Virus record (IMG/VR): IMGVR_UViG_3300020120_000303
Length of the DNA: 64,000 bases
Reading direction: 5' to 3' (one strand)
Source: an uncultured virus (IMG/VR IMGVR_UViG_3300020120_000303)
Taxonomy: Duplodnaviria > Heunggongvirae > Uroviricota > Caudoviricetes
Shown here: positions 1-9,342 of the stretch, piece by piece
Numbering within the stretch: the first letter of the stretch is position 1
Layout: every line of letters begins with the position of its first letter
Translations under genes and position numbers: made by a program
The notes under the pieces: model-generated
The model's database searches: none
Told to the model about the DNA's origin: nothing
What the model saw: only the letters and a program-made list of their open reading frames with translations

Positions 1-2
1 CG

Positions 3-1427
3 GTCCTGGGCGGCATCCTGGCCAAGCCCACCAACGCGTTCGAGGTGATCCCGGTCCTCGACGGGGACGACCTCTTCCTACCCGTGCACCGCGAGGTCTT
101 CGCCGTCATGTGCGAGCTGATCACCACAGGGGTTGGGATCGATGCCGTCACGGTCGCGAACCGGATCAAGAGCCGCGGCGCCTACGCGCTCGAGGGCGGG
201 GCCGAGGCATTCTGCTTGCGCCTGATGGACGACCAGAGCGTGCTGGCCTCGGACAACATCATGCACTGGGTGGGGATCGTGATCCGCAAGGCCAAGGAGC
301 GGAAGGCCATCTCCATCTGTGCGGACATCCAGGCCCGGGCCTATCAGGGCGACGAGGACGACTCGCTCTTCGACGACTTCGAGACGTCCGTCTTCGCCCT
401 CAATGCCCAGCGCTCGAGCAAGCAGAGCTTCAGGGCCGACGTCACCCGAGCCCTCGAGCGCTACGAGCGCCGCGGCCTCAGCAAGCGCGACCTGCTCGGC
501 ATCCCGAGCGGCATCTACCCGCTCGACCGCCTGACCCAGGGCTGGCAGGCCGAGCACTTCATCGTGCTGGCGGGACGGCCCGGCATGGGCAAGAGCGCCT
601 TCGTCTTCGACAATTGCGCCCTCAACGCCGCCGTCCACCTCAACCATCCCGTCCTGATCTTCTCGCTCGAGATGGGCCGCAACGAGCTGACGGATCGGAT
701 GATCGGGGCCCGCGCCCGCATCGATACACGCCGCCTCGTGCGCGGTGAGATCACGCAGGACGAGTGGTCCCACCAACTCTACCCCGCCAGCGAGCAGCTG
801 CAGGCCGCCCCGATCGAGCTTGAGGACACGCCGGGCATGTCGATTGCCCAGATGACGGCGAAGATCAGGCGGTTCCGGGCCGATGAGCGCTACTTCCCCC
901 GCGGCGTGGAACTCACCCCCGAGGGAGAGCCGCTGCCGGGCCTGGTCATCGTCGACTATGCCCAGTTGGCGACGGCGCCCGGGGGCAAGGGGCAGAGCCG
1001 CGAGCAGGAGGTGGCGGCCATCACCCGCGGCCTCAAGAGCGCGGCCAAGAGAACGCGCCTGCCCATCATCGCGGTGTCGCAACTGAACCGCGGCCTCGAG
1101 AAGCGCGAGGACAAACGGCCCGGCCTGGCCGACCTGCGCGAGTCGGGGGCCATCGAGCAGGACGCGGACATCATCATTTTCATCCACCGCGAGTCCTACT
1201 ACTTCAACGACGACGAGAAGGCCGCGGCCATCGCCAAGGGCGACGACATGACCACCACCGAGTTCATCGTGGGCAAGAACCGCCACGGCGACGTCGGGGT
1301 GGGCAGCGCGCGCTGGCTCAAGAACCTGGTCCGCTTCGAGGGCCTCGAGACCCGTCCGGCCTATACCCAGGATCCGGAGGCGGGCGAAGTCGACCAGGAC
1401 AGCAGCGGGCACTGGTCGTCGCGCTGA
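3..1427 (+). CDS. dnaB: Replicative DNA helicase, DnaB family (5'-truncated by window)
   Basis: Frame open from base 3; Walker A AGRPGMGKS, FSLEM, IVDYAQL, SQLNR..KRP..DLRESGAIEQDAD and KNRHG motifs. Confidence 0.95.
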   Translation, partial: VLGGILAKPTNAFEVIPVLDGDDLFLPVHREVFAVMCELITTGVGIDAVTVANRIKSRGAYALEGGAEAFCLRLMDDQSVLASDNIMHWVGIVIRKAKERKAISICADIQARAYQGDEDDSLFDDFETSVFALNAQRSSKQSFRADVTRALERYERRGLSKRDLLGIPSGIYPLDRLTQGWQAEHFIVLAGRPGMGKSAFVFDNCALNAAVHLNHPVLIFSLEMGRNELTDRMIGARARIDTRRLVRGEITQDEWSHQLYPASEQLQAAPIELEDTPGMSIAQMTAKIRRFRADERYFPRGVELTPEGEPLPGLVIVDYAQLATAPGGKGQSREQEVAAITRGLKSAAKRTRLPIIAVSQLNRGLEKREDKRPGLADLRESGAIEQDADIIIFIHRESYYFNDDEKAAAIAKGDDMTTTEFIVGKNRHGDVGVGSARWLKNLVRFEGLETRPAYTQDPEAGEVDQDSSGHWSSR

Positions 1428-1664
1428 TCACGAATTCCCGGTCCGCAGCGGCCGCGGCGGGGAATTTAGTGCGGGTCGTGGCGTTCTACGATCGCGCGCC
1501 CGCAGCTTGGCCACTTCCCAGGCGGCCTCGCAGCGGGGCTTCGTGCAGCAGTGACGCTCAGGTCTTTCGTGCGGGCGCTGTTCGTACTCCTCCTCGCAGA
1601 AGGCGCACATTTTCTTCCCCTCGACCAGGCGGCGGACCCGGATCGAGGGGCGTCGAGACTCCAT
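1428..1664 (-). CDS. Small Cys-rich (Zn-finger-like) protein
   Basis: ATG at 1664 (MESRRPS...); CAFC...HCCTKPRC; stop abuts the dnaB stop. Confidence 0.5.
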   Translation of the reverse strand: MESRRPSIRVRRLVEGKKMCAFCEEEYEQRPHERPERHCCTKPRCEAAWEVAKLRARDRRTPRPALNSPPRPLRTGNS

Positions 1665-1695
1665 CAAACTAGCAAAGGCGTACGTTACGACCGGC

Positions 1696-1904
1696 AAGGG
1701 GCATCTCCTCTCCGTGCGTTGCGGCCGAGCAACAGGATCGTTGCAGCGGCGGACGAACCTTTTACAAAGCCAAGCGCCTTGGGCGAAAGGCCCCAAAGCG
1801 AGGGCCCCTCAAATTTGGACGCAAGTGCCCGACAGGTCGCCGGCACGTGCGTCCAAGGTCATGTTAACAAAGTGCACGATGTCCGCACCTGAAGCGCAGG
1901 TGCA
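1696..1904 (+). ncRNA. Putative structured RNA / terminator region
   Basis: Stems 1697-1702/1804-1809, 1711-1725/1740-1753 (G-U pairs on + strand), GAAA-loop hairpin near 1779-1796, 1815-1823/1848-1856 and 1885-1891/1897-1903. Confidence 0.45.
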
Positions 1905-2189
1905 CTACTTGGGCTGTTTCAGCTTCGGATCATCAGGCACGAGACTTAACGTTTTGCGGGGCTTCGGTGTCGCCGGCGCCGGCAGCGCCCACCGGTCCAT
2001 CGCAGCCTGGACCTGACGAAGGACAGCGCGCACCCGCGAGCGCAGGCGCACGCCCGAGGCGATGTGCGCGTCGATGTCGACCACCAGCGCCTCGAGATCG
2101 GCCTGCTTGAGGACCGGCACCTCGATCAGCATCGGCTGGACCGCGATGCCGACGGGCGCCGGCGCCGGTGTTTTCTCGCTGGCAGCCAT
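1905..2189 (-). CDS. Hypothetical protein
   Basis: Translationally coupled to the recT stop. Confidence 0.6.
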   Translation of the reverse strand: MAASEKTPAPAPVGIAVQPMLIEVPVLKQADLEALVVDIDAHIASGVRLRSRVRAVLRQVQAAMDRWALPAPATPKPRKTLSLVPDDPKLKQPK

Positions 2190-3409
2190 CAGCCCTCGGT
2201 GCCGGGCTCGGGCGGCGACGGCTCAGCCGGCGGCGTGCCTTGTCCGATCATGCTCTCGTGCAGCTTGTCCAGCTCGGGCGGCGATGCGCCCGCGGGCAGC
2301 GGCGGCACCTTCTCGGTCTTGCCGCCCCAATCGAACGTGGTGCGGCCTGCCGCGCGCGCCTTCGCGATGGCAGCGGCGCGGGGATCGCCGGCGGCGGCGG
2401 CGATGGCCTCGCGCGCGGCCCTCGACTGCGCGGCCACGTCGTCGAGGCTGGCGGGCTTCGACTTGCCAGCAGCGGCGCCGGCCTCGGCCGCTGACTGGTG
2501 GGTTTCGGGGCCGTCCGCGGCCGGGCCCGGATCGGGCGCGAAGGACTGCGTGGGCAGTGGGACCGGCTCGACGTCGATGTCGATCATGTCCTGGTAACTG
2601 ATCTGCTGGCTGATGTGCGCCTCGGCGTGCTCGTCGAGCGCCACGGCGCGGGCCAGGTTGTCCTTTTCGACCGAGGCCGGCAGCATCTTGCAGAGGCGCC
2701 GAAGCGCGCTCTTCTTGGCCATCTCGTCGTAGTCGGTGACCCACGGCCCCTTGTCGGACGCCTTGGCCCGGTCGCGGATCGCATCGACCTCCCAGCGCTC
2801 GAGCACCACGAACTGCTTGCCCTCGACGCCCTTGATCTTCGCCCAGGCGTAGCAGGCCACCATTTCGCCCGCGTCCGAGCCGCGATGAGGCTCGTGCTCG
2901 ATGCCCTCGTTGAGGCCATACCAGTATTGGAACTTGTCCTTGGCGCGCACGACCCGGGCCGTGATGTGGCCCACCTCGCCGCTCTGGTAGGCCAGCTTGA
3001 TCAGCCCCTTGTAGCCGGGGATGAGCTGGACCTCCTTGCGGTTGCCGTTCTTCCAGTTCCGGAACGGCACCAGGTAGGCCTGCCCCAACACGCCGTCGGG
3101 CTCGAGGCCGAGCTGGGCACATTGCAGGAGCGAGCCCAGCAGCGACTCGGGCGTGCATTCCAGCAGCTCGGGCGTCCGCTGGACCGTGGTCAGGATGATC
3201 CGGATCAGCCGATCGGGTTTGATGTGCGAGGGCAGGGCCGCCAGCAGCTGCGGCTTCATGCGCTCGAGCGTGCCGCGAAAGCTCTGAAACGGGCTCTTGG
3301 CGATCTCGGCCCCGGCCTTTGCGCCGGCGGCGGCGGCCGGCGCGGGCGACGTGTTGCGGGGGACGGCCACGGATCGGCCAGGGGTCGAGGCCGGGGGGTT
3401 CGCGCTCAT
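2189..3409 (-). CDS. recT: RecT-family single-strand annealing protein
   Basis: LLECTPESLLGSLLQCAQLGLEPDGVLGQAYLVPF, GYKGLIKLA and PWVTDYDEMAKKSALRRLCKMLP motifs. Confidence 0.93.
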   Translation of the reverse strand: MSANPPASTPGRSVAVPRNTSPAPAAAAGAKAGAEIAKSPFQSFRGTLERMKPQLLAALPSHIKPDRLIRIILTTVQRTPELLECTPESLLGSLLQCAQLGLEPDGVLGQAYLVPFRNWKNGNRKEVQLIPGYKGLIKLAYQSGEVGHITARVVRAKDKFQYWYGLNEGIEHEPHRGSDAGEMVACYAWAKIKGVEGKQFVVLERWEVDAIRDRAKASDKGPWVTDYDEMAKKSALRRLCKMLPASVEKDNLARAVALDEHAEAHISQQISYQDMIDIDVEPVPLPTQSFAPDPGPAADGPETHQSAAEAGAAAGKSKPASLDDVAAQSRAAREAIAAAAGDPRAAAIAKARAAGRTTFDWGGKTEKVPPLPAGASPPELDKLHESMIGQGTPPAEPSPPEPGTEG

Positions 3410-4488
3410 GCTGCTTTGCCTTTCTTGCTCGGTTTGCGGGCGGCCTTGCGGGCCACGGTCAGATCGTCACTGGGCACCGACGTCAGCTCGGGCGGGCCCC
3501 CAGGCGGCGGCTCGGGCGCGCGCTCGGCAGGCAGCGGCTCCTTGGTCTGTCGGAGCATCCGGTAGGAGTAGGGCGGGACCACGTTCGTGTAGCCCGGGTT
3601 GTCGATCGTCTTGTAGGAGAGACGGGTGCCGTCGGGCAGGACGCCAAAAGTGTTCGGGCCCAGCCAGGCCTTCACCCGCGCCTCGGCCACGGCCTGCAGG
3701 CGCTCGGCCGCCTTGCCCGCCTCCTTGGCCGCACGCAGCTGGTCCCAGGCCTCCAGGGCCCCGCCGGGCAGGTTGACCACGCAGCCGTTGTCCTTGGGAT
3801 GCAGGCGCTTGAGCGCCTCGAGTGTGCGGGGGTGGCCGTCGACCTCGGGCTCTTGGCCCGATTGCACCGACTCCCAGAACGTCTCGACCTGGATCTGCAG
3901 CTCCTCGATGAACCCGTCCAGGCGGGGCACGTCCCAGGTCATCAGCTTGTTGCCCATGGCCAACGTCGCGACCGTCGCGTAGTCGCGGCCCGTGACCGCC
4001 AGCTCATGCTGGACCTGGATCTGGACGTGCTGGGGCACGCCCGCAGACCAGCCGTCGGGGTCGAACACGTTCGCCGTGTTCTTGATCTGGAGCGTGCCCT
4101 CCTCGGCCAGCCCCATGGCGCGGCGGTCCGGCGCCTCGATGATGAACCCATCGGGGGTAGCGAACATGCACGGCAGCTGCGGGTGCTGGGCGATGCAGAA
4201 GCTGGAGAAGCGCCACAGCTTGCGGCCCGTGCGCAGGGCGTGCTCGTCGGCGATTGGCCCTTCCAGCAGCTGGCCCCAGCGCAGGCGCTCGGCCACGTCG
4301 CCCTCGGGCTCCCACTCGGGCACGCGCCCCGACTTGATCAGCCAGAGCGAAAACCGGCTCTGGTAGGGCGACAGGCCGAAAAGGGCCGCGCTCTCGCTGG
4401 CGCCGATGCCGCTGCGCCGGGCCGCCAGCCAGTCCGCCCGGTTGCCGTAGTCCACCACGTGCTCGACCGGGAGCCGTTCAGTTGCCAT
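3406..4488 (-). CDS. YqaJ-like viral recombinase / lambda-exonuclease family
   Basis: WLAARRSGIGASE, ATPDG, QIK and QVQHELAV motifs; adjacent to recT. Confidence 0.9.
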   Translation of the reverse strand: MATERLPVEHVVDYGNRADWLAARRSGIGASESAALFGLSPYQSRFSLWLIKSGRVPEWEPEGDVAERLRWGQLLEGPIADEHALRTGRKLWRFSSFCIAQHPQLPCMFATPDGFIIEAPDRRAMGLAEEGTLQIKNTANVFDPDGWSAGVPQHVQIQVQHELAVTGRDYATVATLAMGNKLMTWDVPRLDGFIEELQIQVETFWESVQSGQEPEVDGHPRTLEALKRLHPKDNGCVVNLPGGALEAWDQLRAAKEAGKAAERLQAVAEARVKAWLGPNTFGVLPDGTRLSYKTIDNPGYTNVVPPYSYRMLRQTKEPLPAERAPEPPPGGPPELTSVPSDDLTVARKAARKPSKKGKAA

Positions 4489-4737
4489 CTACGTCGCCTC
4501 CGTGCTGTTGCTGCTGGGGTCCTCGGCCTCGGGGGGCTTGATGTGCGGGTACGCCGCGAACAGGCTCTCCAGCTCGACGAAGTGGAACATGCCGCTGCGG
4601 CGCCCGCGCAGGGTGCCGCGCTCGATCCGCTTATAGAGCGTGGTCATGGTGTGTCCGGTCATCCGGGCCGCCTCACAGATCGAGATGAACCCGTCCTGAC
4701 GCATTAGATCCTGGGTGCGTTGCGACGTCTTTGGCAT
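4489..4737 (-). CDS. Helix-turn-helix DNA-binding protein (excisionase/MerR-like)
   Basis: ISICEAARMTGHTMTTLYKRIERGTL; ATG at 4737. Confidence 0.7.
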   Translation of the reverse strand: MPKTSQRTQDLMRQDGFISICEAARMTGHTMTTLYKRIERGTLRGRRSGMFHFVELESLFAAYPHIKPPEAEDPSSNSTEAT

Positions 4738-5125
4738 GTGGGACCTGGGGACCTGGGGGACTACTTGTTGACTTGTTGACAGGCAGGACGCCGTCAACTG
4801 CCAGGTCACTCTCAACTGGTCGAAGGGGTTCTTCAAGGTATCGACCGCCCGAAGCCGCCGCGCTCGCCACCAGCGCGCAGGCCGTGTGCGCGAGGCCCTT
4901 GCCGGCGAAGGGCAGGCCGTCCTCATGCCGGTCCACGAACCGCCCGCAACACGCGCACAGGGCCGCGCAGCCCTCGCACAGGGGCACCTCGCCGGCCAGC
5001 AGGTCGGCCGCATGGCCGCATCGGCAGAGGGCCCGAACGCGGCCCTTGCCAGCGCAGGCGTCGCATTTCGCACCAAGGCAAGCGGGGCAGGTGATTTTGA
5101 TTCCCATTTTGACCTCCTGACTCAC
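4673..5125 (-). CDS. Multi-Cys zinc-finger protein
   Basis: CPACLG..CDACAGKG, CRC, CEGC, CACC and HTAC; likely start ATG near 5107 after AGGAGG. Confidence 0.6.
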   Translation of the reverse strand: MSQEVKMGIKITCPACLGAKCDACAGKGRVRALCRCGHAADLLAGEVPLCEGCAALCACCGRFVDRHEDGLPFAGKGLAHTACALVASAAASGGRYLEEPLRPVESDLAVDGVLPVNKSTSSPPGPQVPHAKDVATHPGSNASGRVHLDL

Positions 5126-5166
5126 GGTCAGCCAATGTCAGCCGGTGTAGCCTATTGGTTGACCGT
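5124..5166. promoter_or_regulatory. 13-bp inverted repeat in a divergent promoter region
   Basis: ACGGTCAGCCAAT (5124-5136) / ATTGGTTGACCGT (5154-5166), between the leftward recombination operon and the rightward operon. Confidence 0.55.
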
Positions 5167-5205
5167 TTGATTTTCAAGGCCGGGGTGTGCTATTGCAGCC
5201 GAGGG

Positions 5206-5448
5206 ATGACCATGTCAGCCAAGCGCGCTGCGAAATCCAAGGAACCGCCGGCAAAAAGATCGGGCGAGCTGTCAGCCTGCCGGTGGGGGGTGGGCTTCAA
5301 CGCTGTGACCGGAGCCGAGATCCTGGCCCGGGCCACCAAACGAGGAACCAAGCCGGCCATCTGGATCCGCGAGGCGGCCATCGAGCGCCTGCAACGAGAC
5401 CGGGCCGCAGAGCTGACACCCACGCCAGCACCGCCGCCCCGCCGGTAA
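5206..5448 (+). CDS. Small DNA-binding protein (ribbon-helix-helix-like)
   Basis: RWGVGFN strand followed by helices AEILARATKRG and PAIWIREAAIERL. Confidence 0.55.
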   Translation: MTMSAKRAAKSKEPPAKRSGELSACRWGVGFNAVTGAEILARATKRGTKPAIWIREAAIERLQRDRAAELTPTPAPPPRR

Positions 5449-5561
5449 AGGGGCATGGTGGTGGGCGGTCCGCTCTTCAGCACCACCCCCCAGGCGCCTC
5501 AGCGCCCACGCCGACGAAACATTCGAAACACCACCTTGCATGTTCCTGCCGGGTGCTGCGC

Positions 5562-5921
5562 ATGACCATCAAGCTGCGCAGCCGCCTGCTGGGCGCCCAC
5601 GTGCATGTAGGCGTGTTCCTGGGGACTGACGCCGATCACCTCCAGAACAGCGGCGATCTCGTCATGGACGTGGGCCAGTGGTGCACGCTGACCATCCTGC
5701 TGGCCGCGGGCCATCTCGAGAGCCGGCGCGGCCCCGATCCTGTCGACTTTCACTTCGAGGACGCCGACCCCCGCCTGACTCAATTCCTGCTCGACCACTG
5801 CGACCGCGCTCGGCAGATGCTGGCCGAACGCGCCGCCCAAGAAGAGGAAGACCAATGCCCAAGCCCAAACCCGTCAAGACCCGACGACGCTTCACCACCC
5901 AAGAAAAGCACGGCCTCGTGA
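5562..5921 (+). CDS. Hypothetical protein
   Basis: MTIKLRSRLLGAHVHV...; typical GC3-rich codon use. Confidence 0.55.
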   Translation: MTIKLRSRLLGAHVHVGVFLGTDADHLQNSGDLVMDVGQWCTLTILLAAGHLESRRGPDPVDFHFEDADPRLTQFLLDHCDRARQMLAERAAQEEEDQCPSPNPSRPDDASPPKKSTAS

Positions 5922-6268
5922 TCCGACTCCGGACCCGGCCCAGCAACGAGACGATCAAGGCCTTCGCGGCAAAGCACGGCGTCACGCCCGGCATGCTGCA
6001 CCGCTGGGACAACGACCCGCGATTCGCCAGCAACGATCCCGTGGGCGAGGCCCGGACCGTGCGGAAAAACACCGGCCTTAAGAAGCGCGGCCCCGGCCGG
6101 CCCAAGGGATCCAAGAACGGCGTCAGCCACGGCAGCCACGGCAACGACCGTCTCGTGCAGGCCGAGCAAGAGCTGGAGGTCTTGCGGCTGATGGTCGAGC
6201 TGGCCTTCGCGCAGGGCTTTCTCAAGCTGTCGAACCGGATGCACTTTCTGCAGGGGGGGCCGCGGTGA
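5855..6268 (+). CDS. HTH protein resembling IS3/IS66 OrfA (HTH_Tnp_1), no catalytic partner
   Basis: RRRFTTQEK...IKAFAAKHGVTPGMLHRW, AT-hook-like KKRGPGRPKG and C-terminal coiled coil. Confidence 0.6.
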   Translation: MPKPKPVKTRRRFTTQEKHGLVIRLRTRPSNETIKAFAAKHGVTPGMLHRWDNDPRFASNDPVGEARTVRKNTGLKKRGPGRPKGSKNGVSHGSHGNDRLVQAEQELEVLRLMVELAFAQGFLKLSNRMHFLQGGPR

Positions 6269-6576
6269 TCAAACTCGACGTGCCCGACGCCAAGGACGAT
6301 CCAGAGCGAGGCCCGGGCTACACCGTCCAGGAGGTCTGGGCCTATGTCGCCGTGGATCCTGAGACTGGGTCCGAGGGCGTGATCGCGGTGGGGGGCACCG
6401 TGCTCGGCGAGCGGACCTTGCTACCGTTGGTGTTCACCGACAGGAAGCGCGCCTTCTCGCCTGCGATGCGCGAGCATGCTATCCGCGCCGGGCGCATGGA
6501 CCGCAAGGAGGTGCGCTTCCTGCACTTCACCAACCGCGAGCATCTCGAGACCGTGTACGTTCCGCCGGGGGCATGA
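6265..6576 (+). CDS. Hypothetical protein
   Basis: GTGA overlap with the upstream gene. Confidence 0.6.
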   Translation: MIKLDVPDAKDDPERGPGYTVQEVWAYVAVDPETGSEGVIAVGGTVLGERTLLPLVFTDRKRAFSPAMREHAIRAGRMDRKEVRFLHFTNREHLETVYVPPGA

Positions 6577-7073
6577 TCATGGGACAACAGCGAGACGCCG
6601 CGACTGACACGAAGCCGAAGCTCAACGAGACGCTGCGTATCGGCGACCTGATCACGCTGCTCATCGAGGCCGGCGTCAGCTTCGATCTCGGCTACAGGTC
6701 GGAGGGCAAGCCGGGCAAGCACTTCATGGGCGAGGTCAGCGAGCAGCGGGCCTTCAGCGACGATCCAGTGACCGCGCTGCTCGAGGCGGTCGCGCGCGGC
6801 GTCCGCACCGAGAGCGAGGCGGACCGCAAGGCCCGCGCGATCCTGGCCGAATCCGAGGCGAAGATGGCCCGGATCAACACGCTGCTGCCCGGCCTCGACG
6901 CTCACATCCCGCCCGACGCCGACGATGGCCGCTGCAGTTGCGGCAAGAAGCACGGGCCGGGCGAGATGATCCAGGCCTTGGTCCGCGGCCTCATGAACCG
7001 CGGCGGCGTCCTCGTGGTCGACGACGACGACGAGGCGGCGCCGGGCGAATCGAAGAAAAAGAAGGAGAACTGA
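6573..7073 (+). CDS. Hypothetical protein
   Basis: ATGA overlap; CSCGKKH motif. Confidence 0.6.
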   Translation: MIMGQQRDAATDTKPKLNETLRIGDLITLLIEAGVSFDLGYRSEGKPGKHFMGEVSEQRAFSDDPVTALLEAVARGVRTESEADRKARAILAESEAKMARINTLLPGLDAHIPPDADDGRCSCGKKHGPGEMIQALVRGLMNRGGVLVVDDDDEAAPGESKKKKEN

Positions 7074-7075
7074 CC

Positions 7076-7516
7076 ATGGGTGACCGCCGTTTCCCCGTCG
7101 CCTACAAGGTGGTCGTCAACGAGAAGCTGACCGCGACCGAGCTGAAAGCCCGCGATCTCGGCGGCTGCGACGCGGTCATCATCCACTCGATCATCTACCC
7201 GGCCGACGGCAGCCGCAGCGAGGTGATCATCGGCCACGATGGCCGGACCGACACGGACCTCTCCGAGGACGAGCTGTTCAAGTCCTGGGCGATGCTGGGG
7301 CATCGACTGGCCCAGTCCACCACGCTCGGCATCGGCCGCAAGGCCCTCTGCGAAATGGTCCACGAGGCCCTCCGGCGCGTGGTGGCAGGCAAGTGCAACC
7401 ATCCCGCCGTGTTCGTGAAGCCCACGGTCGTCGACGATGACACCGAGGTCATGTGCTGGCTCTGCCAAAAGACCGGTCGGAGCTGTGACGGAGGTTTAGC
7501 CTCCGACCTGTTGTAA
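7076..7516 (+). CDS. Hypothetical protein with C-terminal Cys/His cluster
   Basis: AGGAG RBS before ATG 7076; CNH...CWLC. Confidence 0.6.
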   Translation: MGDRRFPVAYKVVVNEKLTATELKARDLGGCDAVIIHSIIYPADGSRSEVIIGHDGRTDTDLSEDELFKSWAMLGHRLAQSTTLGIGRKALCEMVHEALRRVVAGKCNHPAVFVKPTVVDDDTEVMCWLCQKTGRSCDGGLASDLL

Positions 7517-7548
7517 CGCGAATTACCACGTGTCCGATATAAAACATT

Positions 7549-7830
7549 ATGTCAACTACCGACGACGATACAGCCGCCGCTGGGTTCGCCTCTTCGGCTC
7601 AGATCAACGACCTGTGCGTGCGCATGAAGAACGCAGCCACCGGTCCCGACGGCCGTATCGACGCGAAGGCTGTCGTCGTTGCGTGCAGCAAGCTCGCGAT
7701 GGTGGTGCTCATCGAGATGTCCAAGCGTGGCCCCGAGGGGCTCCGCGAGGCGACTGCTGGCGCCAGCATCGCCGCCTTGGGTTTCCGTGGCCTCGCCGTG
7801 GATCTGCAGAAAGGGGAGCCGGGTCAGTGA
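7549..7830 (+). CDS. Hypothetical protein
   Basis: Preceded by an AT-rich promoter-like segment at 7510-7548. Confidence 0.55.
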   Translation: MSTTDDDTAAAGFASSAQINDLCVRMKNAATGPDGRIDAKAVVVACSKLAMVVLIEMSKRGPEGLREATAGASIAALGFRGLAVDLQKGEPGQ

Positions 7831-8093
7831 GCGACGAGCATTGCCCGGACGAGATGGCGATCGCCGCCGAGGCCGGGCTCGAGCTGTTCCGGGTGCGTGC
7901 CCAGATCGGCCGGGCCGTGCACCAGGAGGACCCGCACGTCATCATCGCCGCAATCGGCCTGCTGATGTGCGACCTGCTCGAGCAGGTCAGCAACGCGGAC
8001 ATGGACGAGGACCTGCGGCAGCTTATCATCGCGCAGGCCCGCGACCTGGGCGAGACCATCGTCGAGTCAACGAAGCGGCGCCGAAACCTTTAG
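7827..8093 (+). CDS. Hypothetical protein
   Basis: GTGA overlap; MSDEHCPDEM... Confidence 0.55.
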   Translation: MSDEHCPDEMAIAAEAGLELFRVRAQIGRAVHQEDPHVIIAAIGLLMCDLLEQVSNADMDEDLRQLIIAQARDLGETIVESTKRRRNL

Positions 8094-8123
8094 GCCGCGA
8101 CCGGGCCGGTGCAGGCTCGGTGC
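8082..8123 (+). promoter_or_regulatory. Phage promoter motif (CGAAACC-TTTAGG-N17-CAGGCT-N6-ATG)
   Basis: One of eight copies of a conserved bipartite motif; see findings. Confidence 0.65.
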
Positions 8124-8612
8124 ATGGACGAAGAGCTGATCACCCCGCACTTCCCGTGGTCCGGTACCCTCTGCCACGACGGCACGCCGATCCCGGACGA
8201 GCTGAGGCCGAACGCGATCCGCCTGGCCGGCCAGCTCGAGATCATCCGAGCCGCCTGGGCGCTGGTGGTGGCGCCCGCGTCGCCGGCGATCATCCCGGTC
8301 TGCTGGTACAGGACCCCCGCGCACAATGCGGCCCTGCGTGATGCCAAGCTGGCCCAGGGGCTGGTGCCCGGGACCGCGGTCAACAGCCAGCACATGACCG
8401 GCGGGGCCATCGACGCGCGGCCTGTGCGGCTGGCCGACCTGGCCCGCTTCGAGGGCTGCATCCGCGAGCTGCTGACCCAGGGGCAGTTGCCGCTGATCGG
8501 CGGCTGGGGCTTCTACCCACATCAATGGATTCACCTGGACGTGCGGCCGCGGCCGACCAGCGGTCACGTCGCGTTCTGGGAGGGCAACGGCGTCGCGAGC
8601 GAGATGGCCTAG
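8124..8612 (+). CDS. Peptidase M15-family endolysin
   Basis: WYRTPAHN...NSQHMTGGAID...GWGFY...WIHLDVR zinc D-Ala-D-Ala peptidase motifs. Confidence 0.88.
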   Translation: MDEELITPHFPWSGTLCHDGTPIPDELRPNAIRLAGQLEIIRAAWALVVAPASPAIIPVCWYRTPAHNAALRDAKLAQGLVPGTAVNSQHMTGGAIDARPVRLADLARFEGCIRELLTQGQLPLIGGWGFYPHQWIHLDVRPRPTSGHVAFWEGNGVASEMA

Positions 8613-9076
8613 CTTCCGTTGAAGCGGCCGACCTTGGCCCGCCAGGAGGCCAGGCAGATCCCGTCCGCCTCGTCCTCGAGCGCGACGATCCCGAACGTGC
8701 TCTTGACCCAGATCGCCGCGGCCTTCTTGCGGACCTCGCGCGGCGACCGGTTGGTGATCAGGCCGGCCAGCAGCTGCATCTGCCACTGCGACGCCGTGAA
8801 GGTCTCGAAGGCCAGCGCGGCACGATCGCATTCCTGCATCCAGCGCCCGACGACCGTCCCCAGCTTCAGCGCCGTGTCGGGGTTGACCGAGACGTAGGGG
8901 AACTCGATCGCGGCCTTGGCCGCGCCGAGCTTGATTGCGGCCCCCACCACCGCCGTCAGGCTCCGGTAGTTGCCCACCTTGGCGATGCCGAAGTCGAGCA
9001 GGCGCGGCCGGCCCGCCGTGGTGTCGACGACGCCCCAGCCGCTCTTGGCGGCCGCGTCGATCCCGAGGACGATCAC
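8609..9076 (-). CDS. ruvC: RuvC-like Holliday junction resolvase
   Basis: VLGID..SGWGVV, AIEFP, TASQW and EDEADGICLA catalytic motifs. Confidence 0.85.
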   Translation of the reverse strand: MIVLGIDAAAKSGWGVVDTTAGRPRLLDFGIAKVGNYRSLTAVVGAAIKLGAAKAAIEFPYVSVNPDTALKLGTVVGRWMQECDRAALAFETFTASQWQMQLLAGLITNRSPREVRKKAAAIWVKSTFGIVALEDEADGICLASWRAKVGRFNGS

Positions 9077-9342
9077 CGCCGGCGGCGCCCCGGCAGCGGC
9101 GGCTCGATCCGGCGGGCCGTGTCGTGCAGCTTGCCAGCCCGCTCGATCAGGTGATCGGCGGCCTTGCGCAGCATCTGAGCCACGAGCGCGGCAGCTGGGC
9201 GGCCCTCTGTCCTGGCCTTGATGACCGCGGCCCGCAGGTTCTTCTCGTCCTCTCGGAGCTGGCGCCAGAGGGCCAGCAGCACGTCGGCGGCCGCCTCGAG
9301 CTCAACCGAGACGTTCGGTTCGGTCACTTCATCTTTTTCCAC
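9073..9342 (-). CDS. Hypothetical protein
   Basis: Coupled to the ruvC-like gene. Confidence 0.5.
   Translation of the reverse strand: MEKDEVTEPNVSVELEAAADVLLALWRQLREDEKNLRAAVIKARTEGRPAAALVAQMLRKAADHLIERAGKLHDTARRIEPPLPGRRRR

Noticed and set aside
5855..6268. IS3/IS66 insertion sequence
   Set aside because: Only an OrfA-like HTH; no DDE transposase, terminal inverted repeats or target duplication seen.
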